Assembly: GCA_041665625.1 (NCBI GenBank)
Contig: JBAYIK010000001.1
Span: 134,587 to 194,340 of the forward strand
Direction of reading: 5' to 3'
Origin: Minisyncoccota bacterium
GTDB taxonomy: Bacteria; Patescibacteriota; Minisyncoccia; Phycocordibacterales; XYD1-FULL-46-19
Length of the DNA: 59,754 nt
This document shows positions 1 through 9,026 of the stretch, piece by piece. A program made the translations under genes and the position numbers. Positions within the stretch are counted from its first letter, which is position 1. The number at the start of each line of letters is the position of its first letter. The notes under the pieces are model-generated. The model searched no databases, had not been told where the DNA came from, and was given only the letters and a program-made list of their open reading frames with translations.

Positions 1-1
1 T

Positions 2-628
2 GATGAGGTTAATATGCGTATTTTTATGGTTGATTCGCAATTGCGAAGTCTAATTGGTCGCAATGATTTCAACGTGGACGAAATTTCGATTGAACTTAAA
101 CCTGGCTTTGATCCGGCCACGATTCGTGATTCCCTTCTTTTAAATGGAGTTGGGAGTGTCGCCAAAGTCCAAACCTTCGATGATGCTTCGCCTAAATTTA
201 TTAAAGATATGATTACTACCTTTGCCATCTTAGGTAATATTTTTAGTTCACTTGGCCTGGTTGTGGCGGCCATCACCATCTTTATCGTTATTTTTATTAA
301 TGCGATCACGCGACGTAAGTTTATTGGCATCTTGAAGGGAATAGGAATCTCTGGTGAAGCCATCGAGATCTCCTATATCTTCCAATCTTTTTTCTATGCC
401 ATTATGGGCTCAGTCCTGGGTCTCTTAATTGTTTATGGGATACTACAACCTTATATTGCCGCTAACCCAATCAATTTCCCCTTCAGCGATGGCATTTTAG
501 TGGCCCCGGTCTCCTCTTCTTTTTTCCGCTTGTCCCTTCTTGTCTTGGTCACCATTATTTCTGGCTATATCCCAGCCCGCATGATTGTGAAGAAAAATAC
601 TCTCGATTCAATACTGGGTAGAAATTAA
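2..628 (+). CDS. FtsX/MacB-type ABC transporter permease, C-terminal part (5' end outside window)
   Basis: Frame open to window edge; C-terminal cluster of hydrophobic helices typical of FtsX-like permease domain; followed 13 nt later by a MacB/LolD-type ATPase gene. Confidence 0.7.
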   Translation, partial: DEVNMRIFMVDSQLRSLIGRNDFNVDEISIELKPGFDPATIRDSLLLNGVGSVAKVQTFDDASPKFIKDMITTFAILGNIFSSLGLVVAAITIFIVIFINAITRRKFIGILKGIGISGEAIEISYIFQSFFYAIMGSVLGLLIVYGILQPYIAANPINFPFSDGILVAPVSSSFFRLSLLVLVTIISGYIPARMIVKKNTLDSILGRN

Positions 629-641
629 ATATTACAAAAAT

Positions 642-1322
642 ATGATTGAAACAAAAAATTTAAAAAGATCTTTCTTTTCCGGAGGAGTAGAAACTCACGT
701 TTTAAGAGGTATTGATTTGAGAGTTGAGACGGGAGAGTTCATTGCCATTATGGGTCGCTCTGGCGCGGGCAAGAGTACTCTTATGTATCAAATGAGCCTT
801 CTCGATGAGCCAAATTCGGGAGAAATTCATATTGACGAGCACGATGTCCACACCATGAGTCCTGAAGAAAAAACTAAATTCCGTTTAGAGAAATTGGGCT
901 ATGTTTTCCAAGATTATGCCCTTATCCCAGACCTAACTGCTCTTGAGAATGTGGTCTTACCCCTTCTTATGCAAGAAGTTCCTAAAGCCAAGGCTTACGA
1001 GATGGCCTTCGAGTCATTATCTAAAGTTGGACTAGGCAATCACTTACATCAATTACCGAGTCAACTCTCGGGAGGGGAGCAACAAAGGGCTAGTATCGCT
1101 AGAGCTATTGCCCATCAGCCTAATATTCTTTTTGCCGATGAACCAACTGCCAACTTGGACAATGAATCCTCTCGAGCGATTATGAAGATCTTTTTGCAAT
1201 TGCATGAAGCGGGCCAAACTATTATTATGGTTACCCACGAAGAACCTTATGGGGCCATGGCCGAGAAGATTGTTCGTCTCGACGATGGAAAAATTATTGG
1301 CATAGAAAAAAATAAAAAATAA
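642..1322 (+). CDS. ABC transporter ATP-binding protein (MacB/LolD type)
   Basis: Walker A GRSGAGKST, ABC signature LSGGEQQR, Walker B ILFADEPT. Confidence 0.9.
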   Translation: MIETKNLKRSFFSGGVETHVLRGIDLRVETGEFIAIMGRSGAGKSTLMYQMSLLDEPNSGEIHIDEHDVHTMSPEEKTKFRLEKLGYVFQDYALIPDLTALENVVLPLLMQEVPKAKAYEMAFESLSKVGLGNHLHQLPSQLSGGEQQRASIARAIAHQPNILFADEPTANLDNESSRAIMKIFLQLHEAGQTIIMVTHEEPYGAMAEKIVRLDDGKIIGIEKNKK

Positions 1323-1326
1323 AAAT

Positions 1327-1878
1327 ATGGGCAACAAAAATATTCTAAAATGGGCTTTAATTATTGGGATTGTCATCGTTCTCAATCTCTTCTTTCACTT
1401 TGCCACAAAACTTGTCTACCTAGAGCCAAAGTTCGAAGACTTTTGTCAGACCAAACAGGTTAATATCCAACCAGAAGGAGAGAAGGCCTGTGTCGCGGCC
1501 GGTGGCGCCTGGAATAGTAATCCTAATGAGAAAGTCCCGGCCCCAGCTAATCTCAGCGGGGAAACAAAGCCCATGTCCATCAGTGGCTATTGCGACGTCT
1601 ACTTTAGTTGTCAGAAAAAATTTAATACCGCTCGTGATTTATATAACCGCAATATTTTCTTAGTTTTAGTTGGTTTAGGAATTATCTCAATTATTATTGG
1701 GCTAGTTCTCGCCGCTAATGCCGTAATTTCTGTCGGTCTATCATATGGCGGTATTCTGTCATTCATCGTGGGAACTATTCGTTATTGGTCCGCTATGGAT
1801 GATTACCTGCGCGTTATTGTTCTCGGATTGGCTCTGGCTGTTCTCGTCTGGCTCGGCCTAAAAAAATTCAAAGATTAA
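1327..1878 (+). CDS. hypothetical membrane protein
   Basis: 183-aa ORF packed between neighbours; N-terminal TM helix and C-terminal hydrophobic helices; no recognisable family. Confidence 0.5.
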   Translation: MGNKNILKWALIIGIVIVLNLFFHFATKLVYLEPKFEDFCQTKQVNIQPEGEKACVAAGGAWNSNPNEKVPAPANLSGETKPMSISGYCDVYFSCQKKFNTARDLYNRNIFLVLVGLGIISIIIGLVLAANAVISVGLSYGGILSFIVGTIRYWSAMDDYLRVIVLGLALAVLVWLGLKKFKD

Positions 1879-1888
1879 TCACAATTAA

Positions 1889-2671
1889 ATGAAACTATAT
1901 TTTGCGGTCGTTAAGTTCAATTGGCTTAAGATCTTGGCTTATCCTTTTGAAATAATAGCTTTCTTCGCTTGTCGCTTTGCTGCGCTCGGCTTTTTGGCTC
2001 TTTTTTGGTATGCCGTGGCCAGAAGTTCAGGAGGAACAATGGACTTTAGGCCTCTCGTGGCCTATTTTTTAGTGGCCGCGGCCGTTAAAGATCTAACCTT
2101 TTCTACTGATACAAAATTTGGTAAAACTGTTCAGGTTCTGATTAAGGGGGGAGATATTAGTAATTACTTTATTAAACCGACACGAACTGTTCCGTTCCTA
2201 TTGTCCGCTTTTATTGGCGAGAATGGGATGGGGGTAATCTACGCGATAGTTTCTCTTACTCTTGGCTTAATAATCCTACCACCCCTTGGGCTACTTAATA
2301 TTCTTTCTTTTCTTGTCTTCCTGATTTTTGCTTTTGTGGTCTCCGTTTGCTTCAACCTTCTAATCGGGATGCTCAGTTTTTATTTTACTGAAGCGGATGG
2401 CTTTAGAAATGCCATTAATCACGTCATTAAGATTCTATCAGGGGCTCTTATTCCTCTCAATTTATTTCCTTTTTGGATGAAAGGGGTAATCTTACTTTTA
2501 CCTTTCCCAGCTCTCGTCTTTACCCCAACTTATGTTCTTCAAAATACTCTGAGTTTAAATGAATTAAGTTCCTTTTTTGTCACCACTTTAGTCTGGTCGA
2601 TAATCCTAGTTATTATTACGCGCCATCTTTGGCGTTATTCACTTAAGCATTATGAAGGCGTGGGGATCTAA
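1889..2671 (+). CDS. ABC-2-type transporter permease
   Basis: Multi-helix hydrophobic 260-aa protein; overlaps next permease paralogue by 20 nt; ATPase gene follows. Confidence 0.6.
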   Translation: MKLYFAVVKFNWLKILAYPFEIIAFFACRFAALGFLALFWYAVARSSGGTMDFRPLVAYFLVAAAVKDLTFSTDTKFGKTVQVLIKGGDISNYFIKPTRTVPFLLSAFIGENGMGVIYAIVSLTLGLIILPPLGLLNILSFLVFLIFAFVVSVCFNLLIGMLSFYFTEADGFRNAINHVIKILSGALIPLNLFPFWMKGVILLLPFPALVFTPTYVLQNTLSLNELSSFFVTTLVWSIILVIITRHLWRYSLKHYEGVGI

Positions 2672-3464
2672 AATAAAAATAGCTTTACGGCTCCTTCGGG
2701 CCAGCACCATCAACACCTTCCAAAGTGAGACGGCTTATTTTGGTAATAATTGGGGCAATCTGGTCTCCACCATTTTTTATACTATCGTCCAAATTCTTTT
2801 CATCAATGTTCTCTATTCAAGAGTAACAACTTTTGCCGGTTATGATAAAAATGAAATGTTTTTCCTTCTCTTTGTGAGTCAGCTTGGTTTCTACTTTCAC
2901 TGGGCCTTTGGCAATATGAATCACAAACTTCTTATCGAAGATGTTAGGCGAAGGACTCTCGACTTTTTACTTATCTTGCCCGTGCCCGCTCTTTGGTATG
3001 TCACTTTTAGAAAAATACCCCTTCTCTCAATACTTCGTGATGGTGTGCCAAATTTAATTATTTTGGGATTGTTAATAAACTGGTCAATTTTGCCTCTGAC
3101 TACCATCAATGTAATTTTTGCAATCATTGTCTTCTTCTTGGGGCAAATTGCTTGGGAAGGCTTCGCTTTTCTTCTCCTCTTACCCGTCTTCTGGCAAGGG
3201 GATTCAAAACAAATTTATTCACTCAATTACACCTTAAGAGATAGCGAGAATGTGCCATGGGAAGGCTATCGACCCGTTTTCCAATTTGGCCTATCTGTTC
3301 TTATCCCAACCTTACTCCTCGCCATGATTCCTGTCTCAGTGGCTCTCGGCAAATCTGATGGCTTCATTATGTTAGGATTTACTTTTATCATCGCCTTAAT
3401 CTTTTTGTCATTAAAAAGAAGACTTTGGAGAAGCGCTTTGCAAAATTATACGTCAGCCTCATAA
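2652..3464 (+). CDS. ABC-2-type transporter permease (second subunit)
   Basis: 270-aa polytopic membrane protein between permease 1889-2671 and ATPase 3472-4434. Confidence 0.6.
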   Translation: MKAWGSKIKIALRLLRASTINTFQSETAYFGNNWGNLVSTIFYTIVQILFINVLYSRVTTFAGYDKNEMFFLLFVSQLGFYFHWAFGNMNHKLLIEDVRRRTLDFLLILPVPALWYVTFRKIPLLSILRDGVPNLIILGLLINWSILPLTTINVIFAIIVFFLGQIAWEGFAFLLLLPVFWQGDSKQIYSLNYTLRDSENVPWEGYRPVFQFGLSVLIPTLLLAMIPVSVALGKSDGFIMLGFTFIIALIFLSLKRRLWRSALQNYTSAS

Positions 3465-3471
3465 TAAAGAT

Positions 3472-4434
3472 ATGAAAAATATAATCGTCGTTAAAAATTT
3501 AGGAAAAGATTTTAAAATCAGACAGAATAAAAATATCTTGACCGGTCTTTGGAATCCAGATTATCGCTCGATGCCGGCAGTTAAAGAAGTTTCTTTTACC
3601 GTCCACAGTGGCGAGAGTTTAGCCCTTTTGGGACCCAATGGTGCAGGGAAGACAACGACAATTAAGGCTCTGACAGGCCTAATTTACCCCACACGAGGCG
3701 AAATCAGTGTCCTTGGGTTCACCCCCTTTGATCGCCAATCAGAGTATCTGCGCCAAATTGGTCTACTGATGGGTAATAAGGCTGGACTTAATTGGGACCT
3801 TACCGCCCGTCAAAGTTTCTACCTATCGCGCGAAATTTATGGCTTAGAGAAAGAAGCCTGCGACAAAAAAGTCGCCGAATTGGCTGAGCTCCTAGCGGTA
3901 ACTCATGTTTTAGATGTACCCGTGCGCAAACTATCTTTAGGAGAGAGAATGAAGCTAGAATTGATTAGTGCCATTCTTCATAGCCCACAAATTCTTTTTC
4001 TTGACGAACCGACAATTGGCTTAGATATTGTCTCGAAGAAAAAAATCCGCCATTTTTTACGGGAAATTCAAGAACGCTACAAGGTTACAATAATTTTAAC
4101 TAGCCATGATATGACCGATGTGGAAAAGGTCTGTGATCGAGTTATTGTTATTAATAAGGGTGAGAAAATTTATGACGGTACTGTAGAAAAACTGGTTGAC
4201 GATTACAACGAAGACAAAATTGTTAAATTCTATTTTGAATTAACTCCCGAGAACTTAGAAAAAATACCTCACAGTGAAATCATAGAGATTAGTGAGGATA
4301 GTGCCACTTTTAAAGTTAAGACCGAACATATGCCTAAATTAATTTCTCATATCACCAGTGATTATCCCGTTTTAGATATTGATATTTTAGCGACGCCACT
4401 TGAAGATATTATTGAAGACCTGTTTAAAAAATAA
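3472..4434 (+). CDS. ABC transporter ATP-binding protein (ABC-2 system)
   Basis: Walker A GPNGAGKTT, signature LSLGERMK, Walker B LFLDEPT, plus C-terminal extension. Confidence 0.9.
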   Translation: MKNIIVVKNLGKDFKIRQNKNILTGLWNPDYRSMPAVKEVSFTVHSGESLALLGPNGAGKTTTIKALTGLIYPTRGEISVLGFTPFDRQSEYLRQIGLLMGNKAGLNWDLTARQSFYLSREIYGLEKEACDKKVAELAELLAVTHVLDVPVRKLSLGERMKLELISAILHSPQILFLDEPTIGLDIVSKKKIRHFLREIQERYKVTIILTSHDMTDVEKVCDRVIVINKGEKIYDGTVEKLVDDYNEDKIVKFYFELTPENLEKIPHSEIIEISEDSATFKVKTEHMPKLISHITSDYPVLDIDILATPLEDIIEDLFKK

Positions 4435-4525
4435 TTGACACGATAGGGGCCCCGTATTAGCCTAAGTCTAGAAACAAGTTCTCAAGTCTTAACATGAGCC
4501 CTTAAGCTCAGGGAAGGAGAAGGTC

Positions 4526-4735
4526 GTGAAAATTCATGGCGCAGTACAATCAATCCGCGGGATGTCCATGCTCGACTTAGGGAAGTTGTTGCTCGATAAC
4601 TATCCCAACGTCGAGTTCAGCGATGAGGAGGCCGCAAGCCTCAGGCAACAATTCCCGAGGAAAAGTATCTTCCAGATTATCACCCAACTGAAGAATGACG
4701 CTCGCGTTGCCCGAGAACAGGAGAAGGGGAAGTGA
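4526..4735 (+). CDS. hypothetical 69-aa protein in a GC-rich cassette
   Basis: GTG start 7 nt after AAGGAG (4514-4519); visibly more GC-rich than flanks; strong terminator follows. Confidence 0.45.
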   Translation: MKIHGAVQSIRGMSMLDLGKLLLDNYPNVEFSDEEAASLRQQFPRKSIFQIITQLKNDARVAREQEKGK

Positions 4736-4758
4736 AGATTCTCCACAGAGATCAAGTG

Positions 4759-4797
4759 CCCCCGGCGCGCCCAAGTGCGCGCCGGGGGACTGTTTTT
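4759..4797 (+). terminator. intrinsic terminator
   Basis: 12-bp GC stem CCCCCGGCGCGC / GCGCGCCGGGGG, 6-nt loop, then T-run. Confidence 0.8.
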
Positions 4798-4814
4798 ATC
4801 TAATCTTTATACAA

Positions 4815-4842
4815 TTGAAATTGTTTTAATTCGTGTTAGAAT
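4815..4842 (+). promoter_or_regulatory. putative sigma70-type promoter of leuS (leaderless layout)
   Basis: TTGAAA (4815-4820), 16-nt spacer, TAGAAT (4837-4842); ATG at 4849 is 6 nt after the -10 box. Confidence 0.45.
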
Positions 4843-4848
4843 TTGAAA

Positions 4849-7815
4849 ATGGAAAACAAATCTAAGGCTCCTAAATATGAGCACGCAAAAATAGAAAGTA
4901 AATGGCAGAAGGTCTGGGCCAAAAATAAAACTTATGAGACCAAAGAGGGTGGCAAGAAGCCTAAAGCCTATGTTCTCGATATGTTCCCTTATCCATCTGG
5001 CGACGGGCTCCATGTGGGGCATCCCAAAGGCTATATCGCGACCGATATCTACTCCCGGTTCAAAAGGATGAACGGTTTTAATGTCCTACACCCTATGGGT
5101 TGGGACGCTTTTGGTCTACCCGCTGAGAATTATGCTATTAAGAATAAGATCAACCCAGAAATTGCTGTCAAAAAAAATATAAAATATTTCAAATCGCAAG
5201 TCGAGAAAATTGGTTTCGACTATGACTGGTCACGCGAAGTTAACACGACTGACCCCGGTTTCTACAAATGGACTCAATGGATTTTCCTTCAACTTTATAA
5301 AAAAGGCTTAGCTTTTGAGTCGTCTGAACCAATCAATTGGTGTCCATCGTGCAAGACCGGCCTAGCCAATGAAGATCTAGAAAATGGAAAATGCGAACGC
5401 TGCGGTTCAGAAGTAGAAAAGAAGCCAATTCGTCAGTGGGTACTCAAAATTACTGATTATGCTGAGCGCTTGCTCTCCGATCTTGAGGCTCTTAATTGGC
5501 CCGAGTCTATAAAAGAATCTCAGCGTAACTGGATTGGCAAAAGTGAAGGCTCCGAAATTTCTTTCCCGGTTAAAACTAAATATAAATATGTCCTTCTTCA
5601 TGGTTGGAAGAGTGATTCTAAGAGTTGCTTCATCCCATGGCTCAAACGTGAGCTTGAAGCTGAGGGCCACGAAGTGGTAGCACTTGATATGCCTCATCCA
5701 CTTATCCCTGACGTAGTAGAACAAGCCGACTATGTTCTCTCTAAGGTTAAATTTGACGAGAACACTATTTTGCTAGGGCATTCCCTTGGTTCTGTTGTCT
5801 CTTACCGCATCTTAGAGAAGTTAAAAACGCCCATCCACAAATTAATTTTAGTCGCTGGTTTGATTGAACCTAAATTCCGTGATCATGACCGGCTAATGGC
5901 AAAATACTTAATGAGTTGGAAATTTGATTTTGAAAAAATCAAAAAGAATGTCGGGGAAATAGTCATAATCGAAGACAACAATGACGTGATCATTCCTGAC
6001 GGAGAATCAGCGGTTATCCAACGAGCCTTAGGTGGCCTTACTTATCGTCTAGAAGCCGAGAAGCCTCATTTTTGTGGAATGGTTGAACCAATTGTTCTTG
6101 AACATTGTTTAGATAAAATAAAAGTCTTCACCACCCGAGCTGATACTTTGTTTGGGGCAACCTATCTAGTAGTGGCACCGGAGCACCCTCTAATTGAGAG
6201 ATTATCCCCTCAAATTACCAATATCAAAGAAGTCCAAGCGTACGTCGCAAAAACTATTAAAAGAACGGAAATTGAGCGCACTGCCGAAGGAAAAGAGAAA
6301 ACCGGGATAGAGATTCTTGGTTTAACCGCTATTAACCCTACCAATGGTCAAGAAATTCCTATCTGGGTGGCAGATTATGTCTTGCCTGACTACGGGACAG
6401 GGGCCATTATGGCGGTACCCGCTCATGACGAACGTGACCATCAATTTGCCAAGAAATTCAAACTACCAATTATCCAAGTAATTGGAGAAGATTTGCCGAC
6501 CAGATTAGAAAATTGGGGTGGGGCCTATGCCGGTTATGGCAAATTAGTTAACTCCGGTAAATTTACTGGGATGGAAAGTGTCAAAGCTAAAGAAGCCATT
6601 ACTAAAATGGTTCGCGGGAAAATTGTCACTAAATATAAACTACGCGACTGGGTCTTTTCTCGACAACGCTATTGGGGTGAACCAATCCCCATAATTCATT
6701 GCCCTAAATGTGGCCCAGTGCCCGTTCCTGAGAAAGATTTGCCCGTAATTCTGCCCAAAGTAAAGAGTTATGAACCAACCGGGACAGGGGAGTCACCGCT
6801 AGCCGCAATTTCTAAGTGGGTCAATGTGAAGTGCCCAACTTGTGGGGAGAAAGCTAAGAGAGAGACAAACACTATGCCTCAGTGGGCCGGTTCATCTTGG
6901 TACTACCTACGTTATATCGATCCTAAAAATACTAAAGCCCTTATTGATAAGAAAAAAGAAAAATACTGGTCACCCGTCGATATGTATGTTGGAGGGACCG
7001 AGCACGCAACACGACATTTAATTTACGCGCGCTTCTGGCACAAATTCTTGTTCGATATTGGTGCCGTCAGCCAAACTGAGCCCTTTACCCAGCTAAAAAA
7101 TCAGGGGATGATACTAGGTTCTGATAATCGCAAAATGAGTAAGCGCTGGGGTAATGTTGTTAATCCCGATGATATCGTCCGAGATTATGGCGCTGATACT
7201 TTACGCGTCTATGAGATGTTTATGGGCCCCTTCGAACAAGGAGCTTCTTGGAGCTCCGATAATCTAATGGGAGCCAGACGCTTTGTGGAGAAAGTTTGGC
7301 GACTAGCAGGGAAAGTCTCAACCGGGCGAAGTCACGTCTTAGGAGGGCCAGATAAGAGGCTCGAGACCTTACTTCATAAAACAATTAAACAGGCGACCAC
7401 CGACATTAATAACTTTAATTACAACACAGTTGTTTCGGCCTTAATGATATTAGCTAACGAATGGGAAAAGGCTGAGACAATCAACAAAGAAGATTGGCTA
7501 ACTTTCCTCAAGTTACTAGCTCCCTTGGCCCCTCATATGACCGAAGAATTGTGGTCCAGTTTAGGGCAAAAAGGGTCTATTCACCTTGCCGCTTGGCCAG
7601 TCTGGGACGAAAGCAAGCTAATTAGCGACACGGTTTCCCTGGTGATCCAAATAAATGGTAAGACCAGAGAAACAATAATTATCCCAACTAATCTCTCAGA
7701 AAAAGAGGCCGTAAAAATGGCTCTAGATAACGATATTGTGAAGAAGTGGGTCGGTGTCGAGCCCCTCAAAAAAATTATCTATATCCCTAATCGTTTGCTC
7801 AATTTAGTTATCTAA
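4849..7815 (+). CDS. leuS: leucyl-tRNA synthetase with inserted alpha/beta-hydrolase domain
   Basis: HIGH-type motif LHVGHP, KMSKS-type KMSKR, CP1 motifs VFTTRADTLFGATY and GTGAIMAVPAHDERD; ORF track starts at TTG 4843, ATG 4849 preferred. Confidence 0.95.
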   Translation: MENKSKAPKYEHAKIESKWQKVWAKNKTYETKEGGKKPKAYVLDMFPYPSGDGLHVGHPKGYIATDIYSRFKRMNGFNVLHPMGWDAFGLPAENYAIKNKINPEIAVKKNIKYFKSQVEKIGFDYDWSREVNTTDPGFYKWTQWIFLQLYKKGLAFESSEPINWCPSCKTGLANEDLENGKCERCGSEVEKKPIRQWVLKITDYAERLLSDLEALNWPESIKESQRNWIGKSEGSEISFPVKTKYKYVLLHGWKSDSKSCFIPWLKRELEAEGHEVVALDMPHPLIPDVVEQADYVLSKVKFDENTILLGHSLGSVVSYRILEKLKTPIHKLILVAGLIEPKFRDHDRLMAKYLMSWKFDFEKIKKNVGEIVIIEDNNDVIIPDGESAVIQRALGGLTYRLEAEKPHFCGMVEPIVLEHCLDKIKVFTTRADTLFGATYLVVAPEHPLIERLSPQITNIKEVQAYVAKTIKRTEIERTAEGKEKTGIEILGLTAINPTNGQEIPIWVADYVLPDYGTGAIMAVPAHDERDHQFAKKFKLPIIQVIGEDLPTRLENWGGAYAGYGKLVNSGKFTGMESVKAKEAITKMVRGKIVTKYKLRDWVFSRQRYWGEPIPIIHCPKCGPVPVPEKDLPVILPKVKSYEPTGTGESPLAAISKWVNVKCPTCGEKAKRETNTMPQWAGSSWYYLRYIDPKNTKALIDKKKEKYWSPVDMYVGGTEHATRHLIYARFWHKFLFDIGAVSQTEPFTQLKNQGMILGSDNRKMSKRWGNVVNPDDIVRDYGADTLRVYEMFMGPFEQGASWSSDNLMGARRFVEKVWRLAGKVSTGRSHVLGGPDKRLETLLHKTIKQATTDINNFNYNTVVSALMILANEWEKAETINKEDWLTFLKLLAPLAPHMTEELWSSLGQKGSIHLAAWPVWDESKLISDTVSLVIQINGKTRETIIIPTNLSEKEAVKMALDNDIVKKWVGVEPLKKIIYIPNRLLNLVI
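5581..6114 (+). other. alpha/beta serine-hydrolase-like domain inserted within LeuRS
   Basis: YKYVLLHGW, GHSLGS (GxSxG; Ser codon 5782-5784), EDNNDVIIPD, EKPHFCG; lies between SEGSEISFPVKTK and KIKVFTTRADT, which are about ten residues apart in ordinary bacterial LeuRS. Confidence 0.7.
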
Positions 7816-7896
7816 TTTAGAAAGAAAGGCTCCATATTAGGACACGGCTTGACAACATTTGACTTATTCCTAGTTTAATGATACAACTATATCAAC

Positions 7897-8931
7897 ATGA
7901 ATAATATATTATTTAAAGATATCACCAAGAAGCTCCTGGCCGAGTTGCCTGTTAGAAGTCGCGATGTCCTTACCAAGCGTTATGGCCTAGGAAAAGTCGC
8001 TAAGAGGGAGACCCTTGAAGCTATTGGCGGTGAATATAAAATCACTCGCGAACGTGTTCGCCAGATTGAGGCCTTTGCCATTAATCTTATTAAGAAATCC
8101 AAGTCTTACGACAACGCCCTCTCCGCCTTTAATCAACTTGGAAAAGCGATGGACGATTTTGGTGGTGTTGTCCACGAACAAATGTTCCTCGAATCCCTTG
8201 CTAAGGACAAGACAACTCAGAATCATATCCACTTCATTTTGGTTGTCTCTGATGCCTTTACTAAACTCAAAGAAGACGAGAACTTTCACTATCGCTGGAC
8301 CACTAACCCAGACCTCGCCGTTAAAGTTCACCAGTCTTTGCAGAACCTCTGTTCTAATTTTTCTGATGGTGACTTAGTTTCTGAACCAGAGCTTGTCAAC
8401 AAGTTCTTAGTTGAGCTCAAGAGTGTTAAAGAAGCTACTGGTGATTCCAAAGTTGATCAATTTGCCAACAAGTGGCTCTCTTTATCTAAACTCTTAGCCA
8501 AGAATCCTCTTGGGGAATGGGGTCTAGCTGCTTCCCCTAATATTCGCATGCGCGGTATCCGTGACTATGCCTATTTAGTTTTAAGACAAAATAAGGCCCC
8601 TATGCATTTTGCCGAGGTTGCCAAGAAAATCAACAAGACTTTTGGACGTGAGGCTCATCCTGCCACTTGCCATAACGAACTTATTAAAGATAATCGTTTT
8701 GTCCTTGTTGGCCGTGGTCTCTACGCCTTAACTGAATGGGGCTATTCTAAGGGTACTGTTATTGAAGTTATTCAAAAATTAATTAAAGAAAATGGTCCCT
8801 TAACTCGTGACGAAGTTCTTGAGAAAGTTCTCAAGGAACGCCAAGTTAAGAGCAACACTATCCTCGTTAATCTCCAGAATCCTAAATTTTTCAAGAAAAA
8901 CGCCGACGGCAAGTTCACTATTGCTAAGTAA
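7897..8931 (+). CDS. sigma-70 region-4-like HTH plus HARE-HTH-like domain protein
   Basis: N-terminus RSRDVLTKRYGL...TLEAIGGEYKITRERVRQIE resembles sigma region 4.2; C-terminus MHFAEVAKKINK...LVGRGLYALTEWGY resembles HARE-HTH / RNAP delta N-domain. Confidence 0.5.
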   Translation: MNNILFKDITKKLLAELPVRSRDVLTKRYGLGKVAKRETLEAIGGEYKITRERVRQIEAFAINLIKKSKSYDNALSAFNQLGKAMDDFGGVVHEQMFLESLAKDKTTQNHIHFILVVSDAFTKLKEDENFHYRWTTNPDLAVKVHQSLQNLCSNFSDGDLVSEPELVNKFLVELKSVKEATGDSKVDQFANKWLSLSKLLAKNPLGEWGLAASPNIRMRGIRDYAYLVLRQNKAPMHFAEVAKKINKTFGREAHPATCHNELIKDNRFVLVGRGLYALTEWGYSKGTVIEVIQKLIKENGPLTRDEVLEKVLKERQVKSNTILVNLQNPKFFKKNADGKFTIAK

Positions 8932-8942
8932 TCTCCCTAAAA

Positions 8943-8987
8943 CCCCCGCCGAACCTTGGGCTCACTTAAGGTTCGGCGGGGGTTTTT
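8943..8987 (+). terminator. intrinsic terminator
   Basis: 15-bp stem CCCCCGCCGAACCTT / AAGGTTCGGCGGGGG followed by TTTTT. Confidence 0.85.
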
Positions 8988-9026
8988 GCTTGGCGGGTTT
9001 TTCTTATTACTGTATAATAATCATTA

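Noticed and set aside
5581-6114. Intein in LeuRS
   Set aside because: No Cys/Ser/Thr at the junctions, no C-terminal HN, and no endonuclease or Hint motifs. The insert carries alpha/beta-hydrolase motifs instead.
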